Virus record (IMG/VR): IMGVR_UViG_3300032560_000010
Span: 1-64,000 of that record
Reading direction: 5' to 3' (one strand)
Length of the DNA stretch: 64,000 nucleotides
Source: an uncultured virus (IMG/VR IMGVR_UViG_3300032560_000010)
Lineage: Duplodnaviria; Heunggongvirae; Uroviricota; Caudoviricetes
Shown here: in pieces, positions 54,560 through 64,000 of the stretch
Layout of the letters: each line of letters opens with the position of its first letter
Numbering within the stretch: position 1 is the first letter of the stretch
Made by a program: the position numbers and the translations under genes
The notes under the pieces: model-generated
What the model saw: only the letters and a program-made list of their open reading frames with translations
Database searches by the model: none
What the model was told of the DNA's origin: nothing

Positions 54560-55906
54560 TTAAAGAATATTGTTGATAAGAACACGACGATAATAAACGT
54601 TTGTGTTCTGAAGAATTGCACCCGGAGTAAGTGCGTTTGGATTTGCACCGAACGCAAATGGGTTTGCCACGATACCATAACGGGTTTTGAATCCGATTTT
54701 TGGCTGGAATGTATCCTGTCCGACAGCACGAACCATCTGTAGTGGCACGTATGGGCAATAGAAGATACCTGCGTCAAATGCGGAAGCTCCCTTATAACCA
54801 ACGGTCATATAGTTACCAGCAGCATAAGGATCAATATATACTCGCATACGACCATTTAGGACACCTGCGAAAGTATTACCAGTATCGTCAACTTCAAGGT
54901 TATTCGAATTTAGCGCCGGAGCATAGTCTAGGACACCCGCCATATTCAATGCAGATGCAACATCTGACGAACATACTAGGATATTACCCTTACCACGTCT
55001 AGTGTCTTTAGCAATTCTATTAGCTTCACGTTCAATTTGGAACATAAGACCCTTGAATTTTTCAACAGACCAACGACCGTTAGAATCGATGTCAAGGTCA
55101 AATACACCAGCAGTTGTGGTTTCAGCAGCACCTGTTACAGCTGTTACGTTAATTGTACGAACAACTTCACGGTTAATTTCTGCAAGAATTTCAGCAGACA
55201 GAATAGTAGACAATTCTGTTTCAGCATCAAGACCATGAATTGCCTTCAAATCCTGTGCCAATTCGATTGTGTATTCGGCCTTCAATGCACGACCACCAGC
55301 AGTGACAGTTACCTTATCGATACTGAATGCCATCTGGTTGAAGTCAACGTTACCAACAGAACCAAGAGCTTCTAATTGTGCAGTTGGTGCGCCACCAGCA
55401 AAGTTATACAACTGAGAGTTACCAGAAACAACGGTAGATGTGTTAACACCATATACGCCACCCCAAGTCTGGTTTGCCTGACCGATGTTTGCAACGTTAC
55501 CAGATTCACCATAAGTGGATTGACCAGTATTGGCTTCATTATAGAACGCATTTGCACCGCTCTGATTGTTATACTGTGGACGTAGAGCGAAGATCAGACC
55601 TGTTGGACCTGTCATAGGCTGAACACCGCAAATATCGTATGCGATCAAGTTTGGCATTGCTCTACGAACTAGAGAAATCAATACTGGATCGTAATTCTGG
55701 CTACCACCAGATAACGATGTTGGAAGAGCGCCTGTGGTTTCCGAAAGAAGAGAAACCTGTTCTCCACGAGAAGCAGCCTCTACAAGAGCAGCTTCTGTAT
55801 TTTCTAGAAGCTGCGAGACAACGTATCTCTTATGGCCTTCCAGCTTTTGAAGCCCCGGAAAGTCAAGAACGTCTCCCCACTTCTCCTGAATTACTTTATT
55901 GTTCAT
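54560..55906 (-). CDS. 23: major capsid protein (gp23)
   Basis: GVQPMTGPTGLIFA, ELAQDLKAIHG, FYCPYVPL, KTRYG. Confidence 0.98.
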   Translation of the reverse strand: MNNKVIQEKWGDVLDFPGLQKLEGHKRYVVSQLLENTEAALVEAASRGEQVSLLSETTGALPTSLSGGSQNYDPVLISLVRRAMPNLIAYDICGVQPMTGPTGLIFALRPQYNNQSGANAFYNEANTGQSTYGESGNVANIGQANQTWGGVYGVNTSTVVSGNSQLYNFAGGAPTAQLEALGSVGNVDFNQMAFSIDKVTVTAGGRALKAEYTIELAQDLKAIHGLDAETELSTILSAEILAEINREVVRTINVTAVTGAAETTTAGVFDLDIDSNGRWSVEKFKGLMFQIEREANRIAKDTRRGKGNILVCSSDVASALNMAGVLDYAPALNSNNLEVDDTGNTFAGVLNGRMRVYIDPYAAGNYMTVGYKGASAFDAGIFYCPYVPLQMVRAVGQDTFQPKIGFKTRYGIVANPFAFGANPNALTPGAILQNTNVYYRRVLINNIL

Positions 55907-55960
55907 TTGGTTAACTCCCTATCTTATAATTATATGGGTTAAAATTATTTATGTTTTTTG

Positions 55961-57010
55961 TTATTTCAAGGTTCTAGAAAGTGCATTTACATACATTTTC
56001 ATACTAGGAGAGACTTGAGTTTCGTCGTTTTCGCCAGATACGTCTTCTGTTAATGGCTGTGCGCCAGAATTAATAGTAGATTTTCCTGTGAAATAGGTTT
56101 CTTTTATAGTATCTATTTTAGTTTTCAAATCATTTACTGTTTCATAGCTAAGATTTTCTACTAAAGATAGAAACTTTTCTTTTTGAGATACCGTTAGCCC
56201 TACAGCAGATTCTGCAACTAGATCTTTAACAGTCGATTGTTCGATCATATTTGTAAGTTCGATATTTTGCTTAAGCGATTCATTTAAACGAGCTTTTAGT
56301 GTTTCGTTTTCTGTATTAACAGATTCGAGTACGTCTAATTTCTCTTCTGCGACATTAATATAGTTTTCTTCGAATACATCCTTAAGTGTCTGGATGATAT
56401 TCTCTGCCATTTGGGATTTAATTCCCTGATCCACAGCAATTTTATTTGCATCCAACCACATTTTAGCAACATAAGAAACATACTTATCTACTTGCTCTAC
56501 AAGCTCATCTTGTACTACATCAATCGCTTCTTCAAGAGCAGTCGTATATTGTTCTTCTAAACGAGCTTCTATAATAGAAATTCTGGCATTCACGGTTGCT
56601 TCAAAAATAGTTGCCGCTTTAACTTTAAGATCTTCAGATATTTCTTGACCTGTAAAGATATCAGATACGCTTTCCATTGCAGCAGATGTATCAACTGAAG
56701 TAGGAGATAGGCGAATAATTCCAGTTTCACCAGCTGTTTTATCAGCAGGGCGAACAGTTGCAGCTGGATTTGCAGTCATATTTTTGAATACATCCATTAC
56801 TTCCGCAGCAGAACGACCAGCTAAGTCATTTAGAATAGATGCCATTACTTCAGCTTTGGTTGTCATATCATAAGTTGTTTCGCCACCTGATTGATCAGCT
56901 GCACGAGCAGCATCACCACCAACTACAGGATCTGGTAAAACACTCTGACCATCAACCGAAGCAAATTCCTTCAGATTTCTGCCTTCAGAAATAATCTTCT
57001 TAGTTGCCAT
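55961..57010 (-). CDS. 22: prohead scaffold (gp22)
   Basis: KAATIFEA, IKETYF; CATAAATA at 57038-57045. Confidence 0.9.
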   Translation of the reverse strand: MATKKIISEGRNLKEFASVDGQSVLPDPVVGGDAARAADQSGGETTYDMTTKAEVMASILNDLAGRSAAEVMDVFKNMTANPAATVRPADKTAGETGIIRLSPTSVDTSAAMESVSDIFTGQEISEDLKVKAATIFEATVNARISIIEARLEEQYTTALEEAIDVVQDELVEQVDKYVSYVAKMWLDANKIAVDQGIKSQMAENIIQTLKDVFEENYINVAEEKLDVLESVNTENETLKARLNESLKQNIELTNMIEQSTVKDLVAESAVGLTVSQKEKFLSLVENLSYETVNDLKTKIDTIKETYFTGKSTINSGAQPLTEDVSGENDETQVSPSMKMYVNALSRTLK

Positions 57011-57051
57011 TGTTTAAACTCCTTTTGAATTCTATTTTATTTATGAAATTA

Positions 57052-57735
57052 TTATTTTCTAACCAATTCTTTTAAGAATTGTCCAAAATATGATATACTT
57101 TTTTCGTTAATTTGGGCTATAGTAGATTTATGCATTTCTCTTTTAGCGGATTCTAATAGCTCGGATGCTTTCCAAGAACTACTTGCAATATCATATACCC
57201 ATTCTACATTTTCTAAAATACCTCTAACAAATGCCTTTGGCGCAGAAGGATCAGCTACTACATCAGCTGCCGTAGACAACATAAAGTCTCCCTGAACCTC
57301 CATGATACCGTCCTTACCAGCACCGATAGATCCCATTCCTCTAGAAGACATACCTAACCACGCTCCATCTCCATGTAAGCCTTTTACAATGTCTCCAAAT
57401 GGAGTATTTGTTACCTTACAGCGACCGACAACATTGTTACCATCCCATTTTAAAGATTCATGCATTACGCATACACGCTCTAAATTTATAGAAGGACCAG
57501 CTGGGTGACCAAGTTCTCCGTATGCTCTATTTTGACTGATATAATTATTACTATAAGTATTAATAGCAGATTCAAGAACTCCACGAGGGTATTTTCTACC
57601 ATTTTTATTGGCAATTTCCGCCATCATAAGTATACCTTCAAGATATAATGTTTTCTTTCCAGAACCGTTATCTTCAGATATAAATGTAATATCTGACATA
57701 CTTTCAGTTACTAAATCTGTAATTAAAATTGACAT
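57052..57735 (-). CDS. 21: prohead protease (gp21)
   Basis: NKNGRKYP, GELGHP, SSRGMGS, DVVADPSAP. Confidence 0.95.
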   Translation of the reverse strand: MSILITDLVTESMSDITFISEDNGSGKKTLYLEGILMMAEIANKNGRKYPRGVLESAINTYSNNYISQNRAYGELGHPAGPSINLERVCVMHESLKWDGNNVVGRCKVTNTPFGDIVKGLHGDGAWLGMSSRGMGSIGAGKDGIMEVQGDFMLSTAADVVADPSAPKAFVRGILENVEWVYDIASSSWKASELLESAKREMHKSTIAQINEKSISYFGQFLKELVRK

Positions 57736-57736
57736 T

Positions 57737-58084
57737 TTATACTCCTGCGGTATTATATGAGTATTTTGATATCCTAAGCGCAATTGAAGATTGCAACCCT
57801 ATAGTAGAAATAGTAAGATTTCCATTAGGTGAACAATTAATATTTTGGGCTAAGGTACATCCCATAGATGTAAAATCTATTTCTCCGAATGTATTGGCAT
57901 AAGTTTGCCATACTACCGTGTTACCCATTTTGATTGTCCAATCGCCAGACCATGCCATTTGGCAGATTGCAATTCCTGTTATCGTTTCTGATGTATTTGC
58001 TGCAAATGCTGATAAAGCATATGAATTATTTGCTATATCCACAACACCAGCATGTCCAGCCATTTGATTTTTAATTACAGGCAT
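57737..58084 (-). CDS. hypothetical head-operon protein
   Basis: Synteny. Confidence 0.65.
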   Translation of the reverse strand: MPVIKNQMAGHAGVVDIANNSYALSAFAANTSETITGIAICQMAWSGDWTIKMGNTVVWQTYANTFGEIDFTSMGCTLAQNINCSPNGNLTISTIGLQSSIALRISKYSYNTAGV

Positions 58085-58920
58085 TATTCGCCTCCCGCAG
58101 AAATTTTATTGAATACCGCTACAGCAGCTTCAATTAATCTAGATTTTGCCAATTTAGATTCTATTCTAGACTGAATATCCTCTTTCATTGAAGGGCCAGT
58201 TGGCTGTTCTGGTGGTAGTCCAGCAGAACCATTATCATTTTCTGGTTGTTCAGATGAAGATTGGACCAAGTAATCATATAATTTGGTGACTACATCTGAA
58301 CAATTTTTAAGTTCACTGGATATAGATTCTGGAATATTTGAATTTTCTTGTAGAATTTCGAATGCTTCGGCGGCTTGTAATGCGATGCCTTCTAATAGAG
58401 ATTTAGTATTGGCAGCAGCTTTACTAAAATCGCTTGCGTTTACGGAACCTAATCCCATAGATGGATTATCGGATGAAGCCGTGGCCACGTCTGCACCACC
58501 GGTATCATCACCACCAGCTTCATGCATCGAAATACCAACAATTTTTTTACTAGCAAGATTTCGTCCATTTTCACGATTTATTAATGGCCGTCTATCGGCA
58601 TCGTCTATATGATCTGCCTTAAATTTCGTAGCTTTCATTTTATATTTAAGAAGTAAAGATTTAGTCAATTCAGTTAGTTCTACATGTTCGTCCATAGAAC
58701 CAGCAGCACCAGTTGTTATCTGGTCGCCTTTACGACGACCTTGAGCCGGTTTTGTAGATCCTTTAAATACGTCATCACCATTACCGTTTCTATCAGCAAT
58801 AGGTTTACTATTTCCTTCTACTTCACCTTGGTTTTTATAAGCCGTTTCACGTTCGGATGCAGGCATCGAATTAGGAGAAAGATAGTCGTTTGTATCTTTA
58901 TCTATTTTTGCTTTAGGCAT
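58084..58920 (-). CDS. prohead core-like protein (gp68 position)
   Basis: Synteny; low complexity; LTE-type sites. Confidence 0.55.
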   Translation of the reverse strand: MPKAKIDKDTNDYLSPNSMPASERETAYKNQGEVEGNSKPIADRNGNGDDVFKGSTKPAQGRRKGDQITTGAAGSMDEHVELTELTKSLLLKYKMKATKFKADHIDDADRRPLINRENGRNLASKKIVGISMHEAGGDDTGGADVATASSDNPSMGLGSVNASDFSKAAANTKSLLEGIALQAAEAFEILQENSNIPESISSELKNCSDVVTKLYDYLVQSSSEQPENDNGSAGLPPEQPTGPSMKEDIQSRIESKLAKSRLIEAAVAVFNKISAGGE

Positions 58921-59077
58921 TGTCGTTCTCTTCTCCATCGAATTCAGATGCAATTTCTTGTTTCCTAGAATCCATTAGATCTTCTATTTTATCTCTAACA
59001 AGATCATCAAAATTGCTTTCTAGATCAATATTATCACCATTAATGATGTTATTTAAAATATCTCTTGCATCGGCCAT
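58913..59077 (-). CDS. 67: prohead core protein gp67-like (54 aa)
   Basis: Hand translation MADARDILNNIINGD...RKQEIASEF; AGGAG RBS; late promoter at 59102-59109. Confidence 0.7.
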   Translation of the reverse strand: MADARDILNNIINGDNIDLESNFDDLVRDKIEDLMDSRKQEIASEFDGEENDNA

Positions 59078-59112
59078 ATCAAAATCTCCTACTATTTATT
59101 GTATTTATGTTT

Positions 59113-60813
59113 TTATTTTTTTACTGGTATTCTCTTAGAATAAGATTTAGTCTTACCTTGGACTATTACTTCTTTAGAAGGGCCAGTTTGAACTTTTTTA
59201 TTAGAACCATCTTCATTTTTTGGAGTTGGTTGCTGAGGTGTGTCGGAAGAACTTTCATCATCTTGTGGTCCCTCCATATAATCTGGGGGTAGAATAGATC
59301 CATCTGGTGCCAATCCTGCACTAGACATCATTTGAGCTTTCTCTTGTTGACGCTCCATATCTTCATCCATTTGTTCAAACATTTCTTCTATATCATTATC
59401 AGTCTGATGAAGAACATTAGTCTTTACCCATTCTTCAGAATAGAATTGACCTAAAAATGGTTGGATCATAGTTAAATTATTAAGTCTTCCCATTAATATT
59501 TCTGAATCTTTTAATTCAGCAAAATAATTATCTCTCTGATAATTAAAATGTATTCTATCTTTTATTTCATCCCAATCAGATTGGGCAAATATTTTCTTTA
59601 ATAGAAGTTGTTTTTCCAACGCTCCTAATAATAGATTAGAAAAACGTAGACGAATTCTATCTATAAATTTTTGAAACGATAATTCGTCTCTTGTTATTTC
59701 AGAAGATCTCCCAAGATTAAATGTAGATTCGTCTGCATTAATTCTCGATATAGGAACATTTAAAGACTTATATAATTTCTTTTCAAAATAATAAACATCA
59801 TCCATTTTACCTAAATTTTCACCAGCAGGTAAAGTAGTGATTTCTGTACCATTTTGACCTTCACGACGAGGAAGCCAATAATCTTCCAACATGGTCATGA
59901 ATTTTCTATCGTCTCTGACGTTACCAGTGGTTGCATCATAAATTAAACGATTTTTATGCTTAGTCATCATGTCTCGCATATGTTGTTCTGCCTTAATTTT
60001 AGGCATCTGTCCAACATCGATGTAGAAAACTCTACGTTCTGGGGCACGAGATATACGGTAGATTACAGTGGCATCTTCTAATATACGAAGTTGATTAAGT
60101 GGTTTTATAGCTTTATGTAGATACGAAAGTACCAATTTACCATCTTTATCCATCAATCCAGATGTTGTATGTAGTATAGAATCGGGGGCAATTTTAAGAC
60201 CTTGATTGTCCATACCAGTAGAACCAGTAGCTTTAAATCCTTTTTCGTTATATACGAAAAATTCAGCCGTATTTCTATTGATATAGACTTGCCCTTTGCG
60301 CTCTCTGGTCAATAATCGAACTTTACGAATTTTGCGAGGGTCCACATATCTTAACTCTTGAATGCCTTTCTCAGGATCATTTTCATCTATGATCACATGA
60401 TAATACACTCTACCATCTACGTACCAACGTCTAAAGATTTCATACCCATAATTATTGAAATTAAGTAATTTACAAATTCTTTCGAATTCTTCATTTACCA
60501 TTTTTTTAAGATTATCCGAAATTTCTTTGATATCATCAAGGTTGAGGGTAACGATTTGCTCATTACCCTCCTTAACGATAGCTTCGTTAGTTACCTCGTC
60601 TATAGCTTTTTCTAATTCTGGTTGTAATGCCATCTCTCGGTACTTGATTACAAGCTCAGCCTCAGTCTTAGCGGACCCTTCCATATCAAGGTAGGTTCCG
60701 TAAGTACCACCAGCAGTTACTACAAGTGCGCCGTCATCAGTTTCAACCGGAGCAAATGATGTTAAATCACTTTGATCCTCAGTTTTAGTGAATTCAAAAC
60801 CAAATAATTTCAT
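59113..60813 (-). CDS. 20: portal protein (gp20)
   Basis: FRRWYVDG, RAPERRVFYIDVG, EDYWLPRREG. Confidence 0.97.
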   Translation of the reverse strand: MKLFGFEFTKTEDQSDLTSFAPVETDDGALVVTAGGTYGTYLDMEGSAKTEAELVIKYREMALQPELEKAIDEVTNEAIVKEGNEQIVTLNLDDIKEISDNLKKMVNEEFERICKLLNFNNYGYEIFRRWYVDGRVYYHVIIDENDPEKGIQELRYVDPRKIRKVRLLTRERKGQVYINRNTAEFFVYNEKGFKATGSTGMDNQGLKIAPDSILHTTSGLMDKDGKLVLSYLHKAIKPLNQLRILEDATVIYRISRAPERRVFYIDVGQMPKIKAEQHMRDMMTKHKNRLIYDATTGNVRDDRKFMTMLEDYWLPRREGQNGTEITTLPAGENLGKMDDVYYFEKKLYKSLNVPISRINADESTFNLGRSSEITRDELSFQKFIDRIRLRFSNLLLGALEKQLLLKKIFAQSDWDEIKDRIHFNYQRDNYFAELKDSEILMGRLNNLTMIQPFLGQFYSEEWVKTNVLHQTDNDIEEMFEQMDEDMERQQEKAQMMSSAGLAPDGSILPPDYMEGPQDDESSSDTPQQPTPKNEDGSNKKVQTGPSKEVIVQGKTKSYSKRIPVKK

Positions 60814-60861
60814 TTATTAATACTCTCTAAAATCAGTTCATATAATATATATGATTGAAAA

Positions 60862-61395
60862 TTAGAGGCCACCCGCATTTCCAGAGTTGCCACCATCAAC
60901 CTGCCAATAATCATAAATGAATGTGACATTGAAACGTTCAAATTGATTTACATCTCCCCAATCCAAACGAATAGGTTCAATTCTAGCAGGATAAATTCCA
61001 TTTAGGGTATATTGTCTGATAATATTACCTGTTTTACCGTATTGAATAACTTGAGCGGTTGATTTATAATTAACATTTTCTCTGATATTCTGCTGTTTCA
61101 TATTGATAGAATCAGACCATGCTTCTAAAGCATTTCTCACTTTAAAATCTTCATCATTCATAACAGTTACAGTCCATGGATCATAAGTTCTGTCACCAGC
61201 AAAGTTGACAACACGACCAAAATATGGCACAGCTATATTTCCAAGTTGAGATTCAGGGATAGCCGATGCACTGGCTAGAAACTGAATTGAAGCATCTGCG
61301 CTACTATCTGTTGGATTAAAAATGTTAATCGAAAATGCAGTAGGACGAGCGCCTTGAAACTTGAAATTTGAAAGTACGTCAGTTACGTTAAACAT
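60862..61395 (-). CDS. 19: tail tube protein (gp19)
   Basis: GARP, AGDRTY..WTVT, YDYW. Confidence 0.95.
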   Translation of the reverse strand: MFNVTDVLSNFKFQGARPTAFSINIFNPTDSSADASIQFLASASAIPESQLGNIAVPYFGRVVNFAGDRTYDPWTVTVMNDEDFKVRNALEAWSDSINMKQQNIRENVNYKSTAQVIQYGKTGNIIRQYTLNGIYPARIEPIRLDWGDVNQFERFNVTFIYDYWQVDGGNSGNAGGL

Positions 61396-61407
61396 GAATA
61401 GGCTCCT

Positions 61408-63435
61408 TTATGAATACTGACCAATGATTGTGTTGAATGCAACGCCTGTTCCAACAGCAACAAAATTCAATTGAATATAATTGATAGATTTTGCTGGCTT
61501 GATGTAAATATCGCCAACAAATTGATTAGCATCAATTACAGCCCCTGTATTATTAGTGGAGTCACAAATAACTGTAAATGCAGATATACCAGATCTTCCT
61601 TGAATCTGTTGCAAATAAGGTACTACCATATTTGTAAATTGTGCTTGTGTGAACGCATTATTGAATTCAAACAAACTGCTACGAGCTGCCTTAGAAATAG
61701 CAGCTTCCAAAGCAATGAACAATCTACGAACATTGATTCTATCAAATGAACTTGGCTTTCCTATCATTGTCTTATCGCCGTACAAGATAGTTCCTTGGCC
61801 GGGGAATGTGACAATAGGATTGATATCATTTTGATATAGAAGATCACGCTGAGCTTGGTTAGGATTGTAAAGTAATTTTGTGACGTTTTTGATTTGACCA
61901 CGATTAAATCCAGCTGGTGACCACCATGTATCACGGGCATAATCTGTTGCTACACATAGCCCAGCGATATCCCCATTAAGCGGAACCCAACGATAAACGT
62001 CATTATACTTATCGTATTGATACTTATAAGATCCATCCATAACTGCATATGAGCTATTATAATTAATTCCAGCGACAGAATTTGTGCTATTTCTAAAGTT
62101 TACAGCATATTGATATGGAGACTGACTAGAAATAATACTAGAATCAGGAGAAACAAATGCCATACAATCCATTCTTGCTTGAGCAATATTAGATATGATG
62201 TAGTTAGATAGTCCGCCTACGGAATTAGCTTTACCCTGAAGTACAAGAGATATTGAGATATCTTCTTTGCTTGCAAATAAGGCGAAGCCATTAGCAATTG
62301 CGCCCAAAGAGATAGTTCCTTCAGAAGATGAATCTACACCTTGGTTAAAATAGCCAGCATATGCATTAGTTGTTGTTGCATTTGTTAAAGAAGATCCGAC
62401 GCCTGTAGCAGCTCCTATTCTATCTGTTATAGCATATACATAATTAGACATATAATTAAGAATATTTTTATAAAAATTGGTAGTTCCAGATGAAGTTTTG
62501 GAGTCTGTGGCACGAGACATAGCAGGCCACACTTCAAGAACCTGATTAGGATTATTTGAGAATTTACCATATGTATCCACAACCACAACATGGATTTCGT
62601 CTTGTGCGGTCAATCCAAGTCCAGACATAAATAGTGAAGTTCCGGGAGCCTTTGCAACCGAATTATAGAATTCCCAATAACGAGTTGTATTATTAGAAGA
62701 CATTGTGATATTGGTAGGCAAGCTATAATTAGATGCGAATGATACGGTGACCCCATTAGCATAGTATACAGCATTGGCAGAAACTTCCGCTCCAACTGGT
62801 GCGCCAATAGCAGAAACTTTTAAGAACTGATATCCAATGGTTCCGTTACCAACCTGCACATAATCACCAACTGACAAGGCTCCTAGTACGCTGTTAGCTG
62901 CAACGTTACCACCACCTTGAACGGTAGACGATGCATTAACTGTGGCCACATTAGATCCAGTGGTGAAGGTTAGAGATGCAACGTTTGCTACTAGATTAGA
63001 TGAATAAGCTGCCGCACTATCACAGACAGATATACGAAGAGAATTACCCAAAGATCCTGCATATTTTGCTACGTATTGAATATTTGCACCAATTGTGGTA
63101 TTAGCAAAATCGTTATAATTATCTAGCTGAGGAGCGGTGGCTGCACCTGTATTTGCAATAGCATTTTGAGCCTGAGAATCATATGCACGAACTACGTACA
63201 AAGCATTACCATATGCTAAGAAATTAGCAGCGGTAAAGAATGATTCATAAGTATTTGCATCTGGGCTACCGAAAGTATTCACCAGTTGGGATTCTGTGCT
63301 AATTAAAGTTGGAGTAAATGCTGGACCCCAACGAAATACGCCAGCAAAACCACCTACAGTAGTTGCTACAGCTGGGATAGATGTAACTGTATCATATTCT
63401 TGGGTAACAACACCCGGACTTACCTGAATTACCAT
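61408..63435 (-). CDS. 18: tail sheath protein (gp18)
   Basis: SPGV, WWSPAG, RINVRRLF; CATAAATA at 63482-63489. Confidence 0.97.
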   Translation of the reverse strand: MVIQVSPGVVTQEYDTVTSIPAVATTVGGFAGVFRWGPAFTPTLISTESQLVNTFGSPDANTYESFFTAANFLAYGNALYVVRAYDSQAQNAIANTGAATAPQLDNYNDFANTTIGANIQYVAKYAGSLGNSLRISVCDSAAAYSSNLVANVASLTFTTGSNVATVNASSTVQGGGNVAANSVLGALSVGDYVQVGNGTIGYQFLKVSAIGAPVGAEVSANAVYYANGVTVSFASNYSLPTNITMSSNNTTRYWEFYNSVAKAPGTSLFMSGLGLTAQDEIHVVVVDTYGKFSNNPNQVLEVWPAMSRATDSKTSSGTTNFYKNILNYMSNYVYAITDRIGAATGVGSSLTNATTTNAYAGYFNQGVDSSSEGTISLGAIANGFALFASKEDISISLVLQGKANSVGGLSNYIISNIAQARMDCMAFVSPDSSIISSQSPYQYAVNFRNSTNSVAGINYNSSYAVMDGSYKYQYDKYNDVYRWVPLNGDIAGLCVATDYARDTWWSPAGFNRGQIKNVTKLLYNPNQAQRDLLYQNDINPIVTFPGQGTILYGDKTMIGKPSSFDRINVRRLFIALEAAISKAARSSLFEFNNAFTQAQFTNMVVPYLQQIQGRSGISAFTVICDSTNNTGAVIDANQFVGDIYIKPAKSINYIQLNFVAVGTGVAFNTIIGQYS

Positions 63436-63501
63436 TTCTATGCTCCTCTTATGGGATAAGACTTAAACTTCATCTTTGTTATATTTATGAAAAGCCTATT
63501 C

Positions 63502-64000
63502 TTAAAAGAAGAAGTTGTCTTGTCCCGGAGCTTGATCGTCTGGATCGAAGTCTTTTAAATGAAAATCCATGTTATAAAACTCGTCATGAGAGACAGTTTC
63601 TTTATCATTATAAGAGTTAACATCAAAGAATCCAAATGGCGTTATAGAGTCTTCAATTAAAGCTTTATTGTCGATCCAAAGATCATCTCTTACATCAGTT
63701 CCTGTTTTATTTTTGAAATATGGTTGAGTTGCCATCCATGCAAATAGGACACAACACATAACCAAATCATCATGAGATCCTTCTTCAGCTTCATATGAAG
63801 CTTTATTTTCAACGAATCTGAATAATTCGAATATTAGATTATAATCACTGAATAATAATTTTTCACCTTCAATTAAACTTTTTAAATTTGCACAACCTAT
63901 TCGTTTAACTTGTTTTGTGGTTCGAACGCCTCTTAGAGGTTTGACTTTATACGTTCCACCAATTCTGACACCAGCCCTTCCCTGAGTTTGGGTGAGTAGA
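63502..64000 (-). CDS. 17: terminase large subunit (gp17), C-terminal part
   Basis: GVRTTKQVKRIGC...SYEAEEGSHDDLVMC. Confidence 0.9.
   Translation of the reverse strand, partial: LLTQTQGRAGVRIGGTYKVKPLRGVRTTKQVKRIGCANLKSLIEGEKLLFSDYNLIFELFRFVENKASYEAEEGSHDDLVMCCVLFAWMATQPYFKNKTGTDVRDDLWIDNKALIEDSITPFGFFDVNSYNDKETVSHDEFYNMDFHLKDFDPDDQAPGQDNFFF

Noticed and set aside
54495..62807. Many + strand and alternative-frame ORFs over gp23, gp21, gp20 and gp18 (and similar ones elsewhere)
   Set aside because: Shadow ORFs of well-conserved genes with no RBS or motifs.
1..64000. CRISPR array or rRNA
   Set aside because: No regularly spaced repeats or rRNA-like sequence were seen.

Overview
A 64-kb segment of a large, AT-rich T4-like (Tevenvirinae/Kyanoviridae-style) myovirus genome, almost entirely coded on the minus strand. 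The host is probably an alphaproteobacterium (GapR/DUF2312 homolog). The right part (~24-64 kb) holds conserved core genes: the terminase gp17 C-terminus, gp18-19-20-67-68-21-22-23, gp3, uvsY/uvsW, gp55, gp47/46, peptide deformylase, gp45/44/62, regA, gp43, uvsX, gp41, gp61, ThyA, class II RNR, dCMP deaminase and EndoII. An inverted spanin/GH19 lysis cassette sits inside this block. The left part (~0-24 kb) is an accessory region with 21 tRNA or tRNA-like genes plus a fragment, homing endonucleases and remnants, RNA/DNA repair enzymes, Pth2 and a stand-alone GGQ mini-release factor. It also carries His-rich, late-expressed, putatively virion-packaged enzymes: two ADP-ribosyltransferases, a kinase-fold protein and a GP88 protein. 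Highlights are the non-canonical tRNAs (8/4 Sec-like Ser and Cys, V-arm Lys/Ile, and an Arg whose D-arm appears relocated), a covarying RBS-hiding hairpin cassette fused to two tRNA 3' ends, four ORFs whose stop codons lie inside tRNAs, a DfrB-like-ThyA fusion and a 1-nt frameshift in RNA ligase 1. All calls come from reading motifs by eye; no searches were run.
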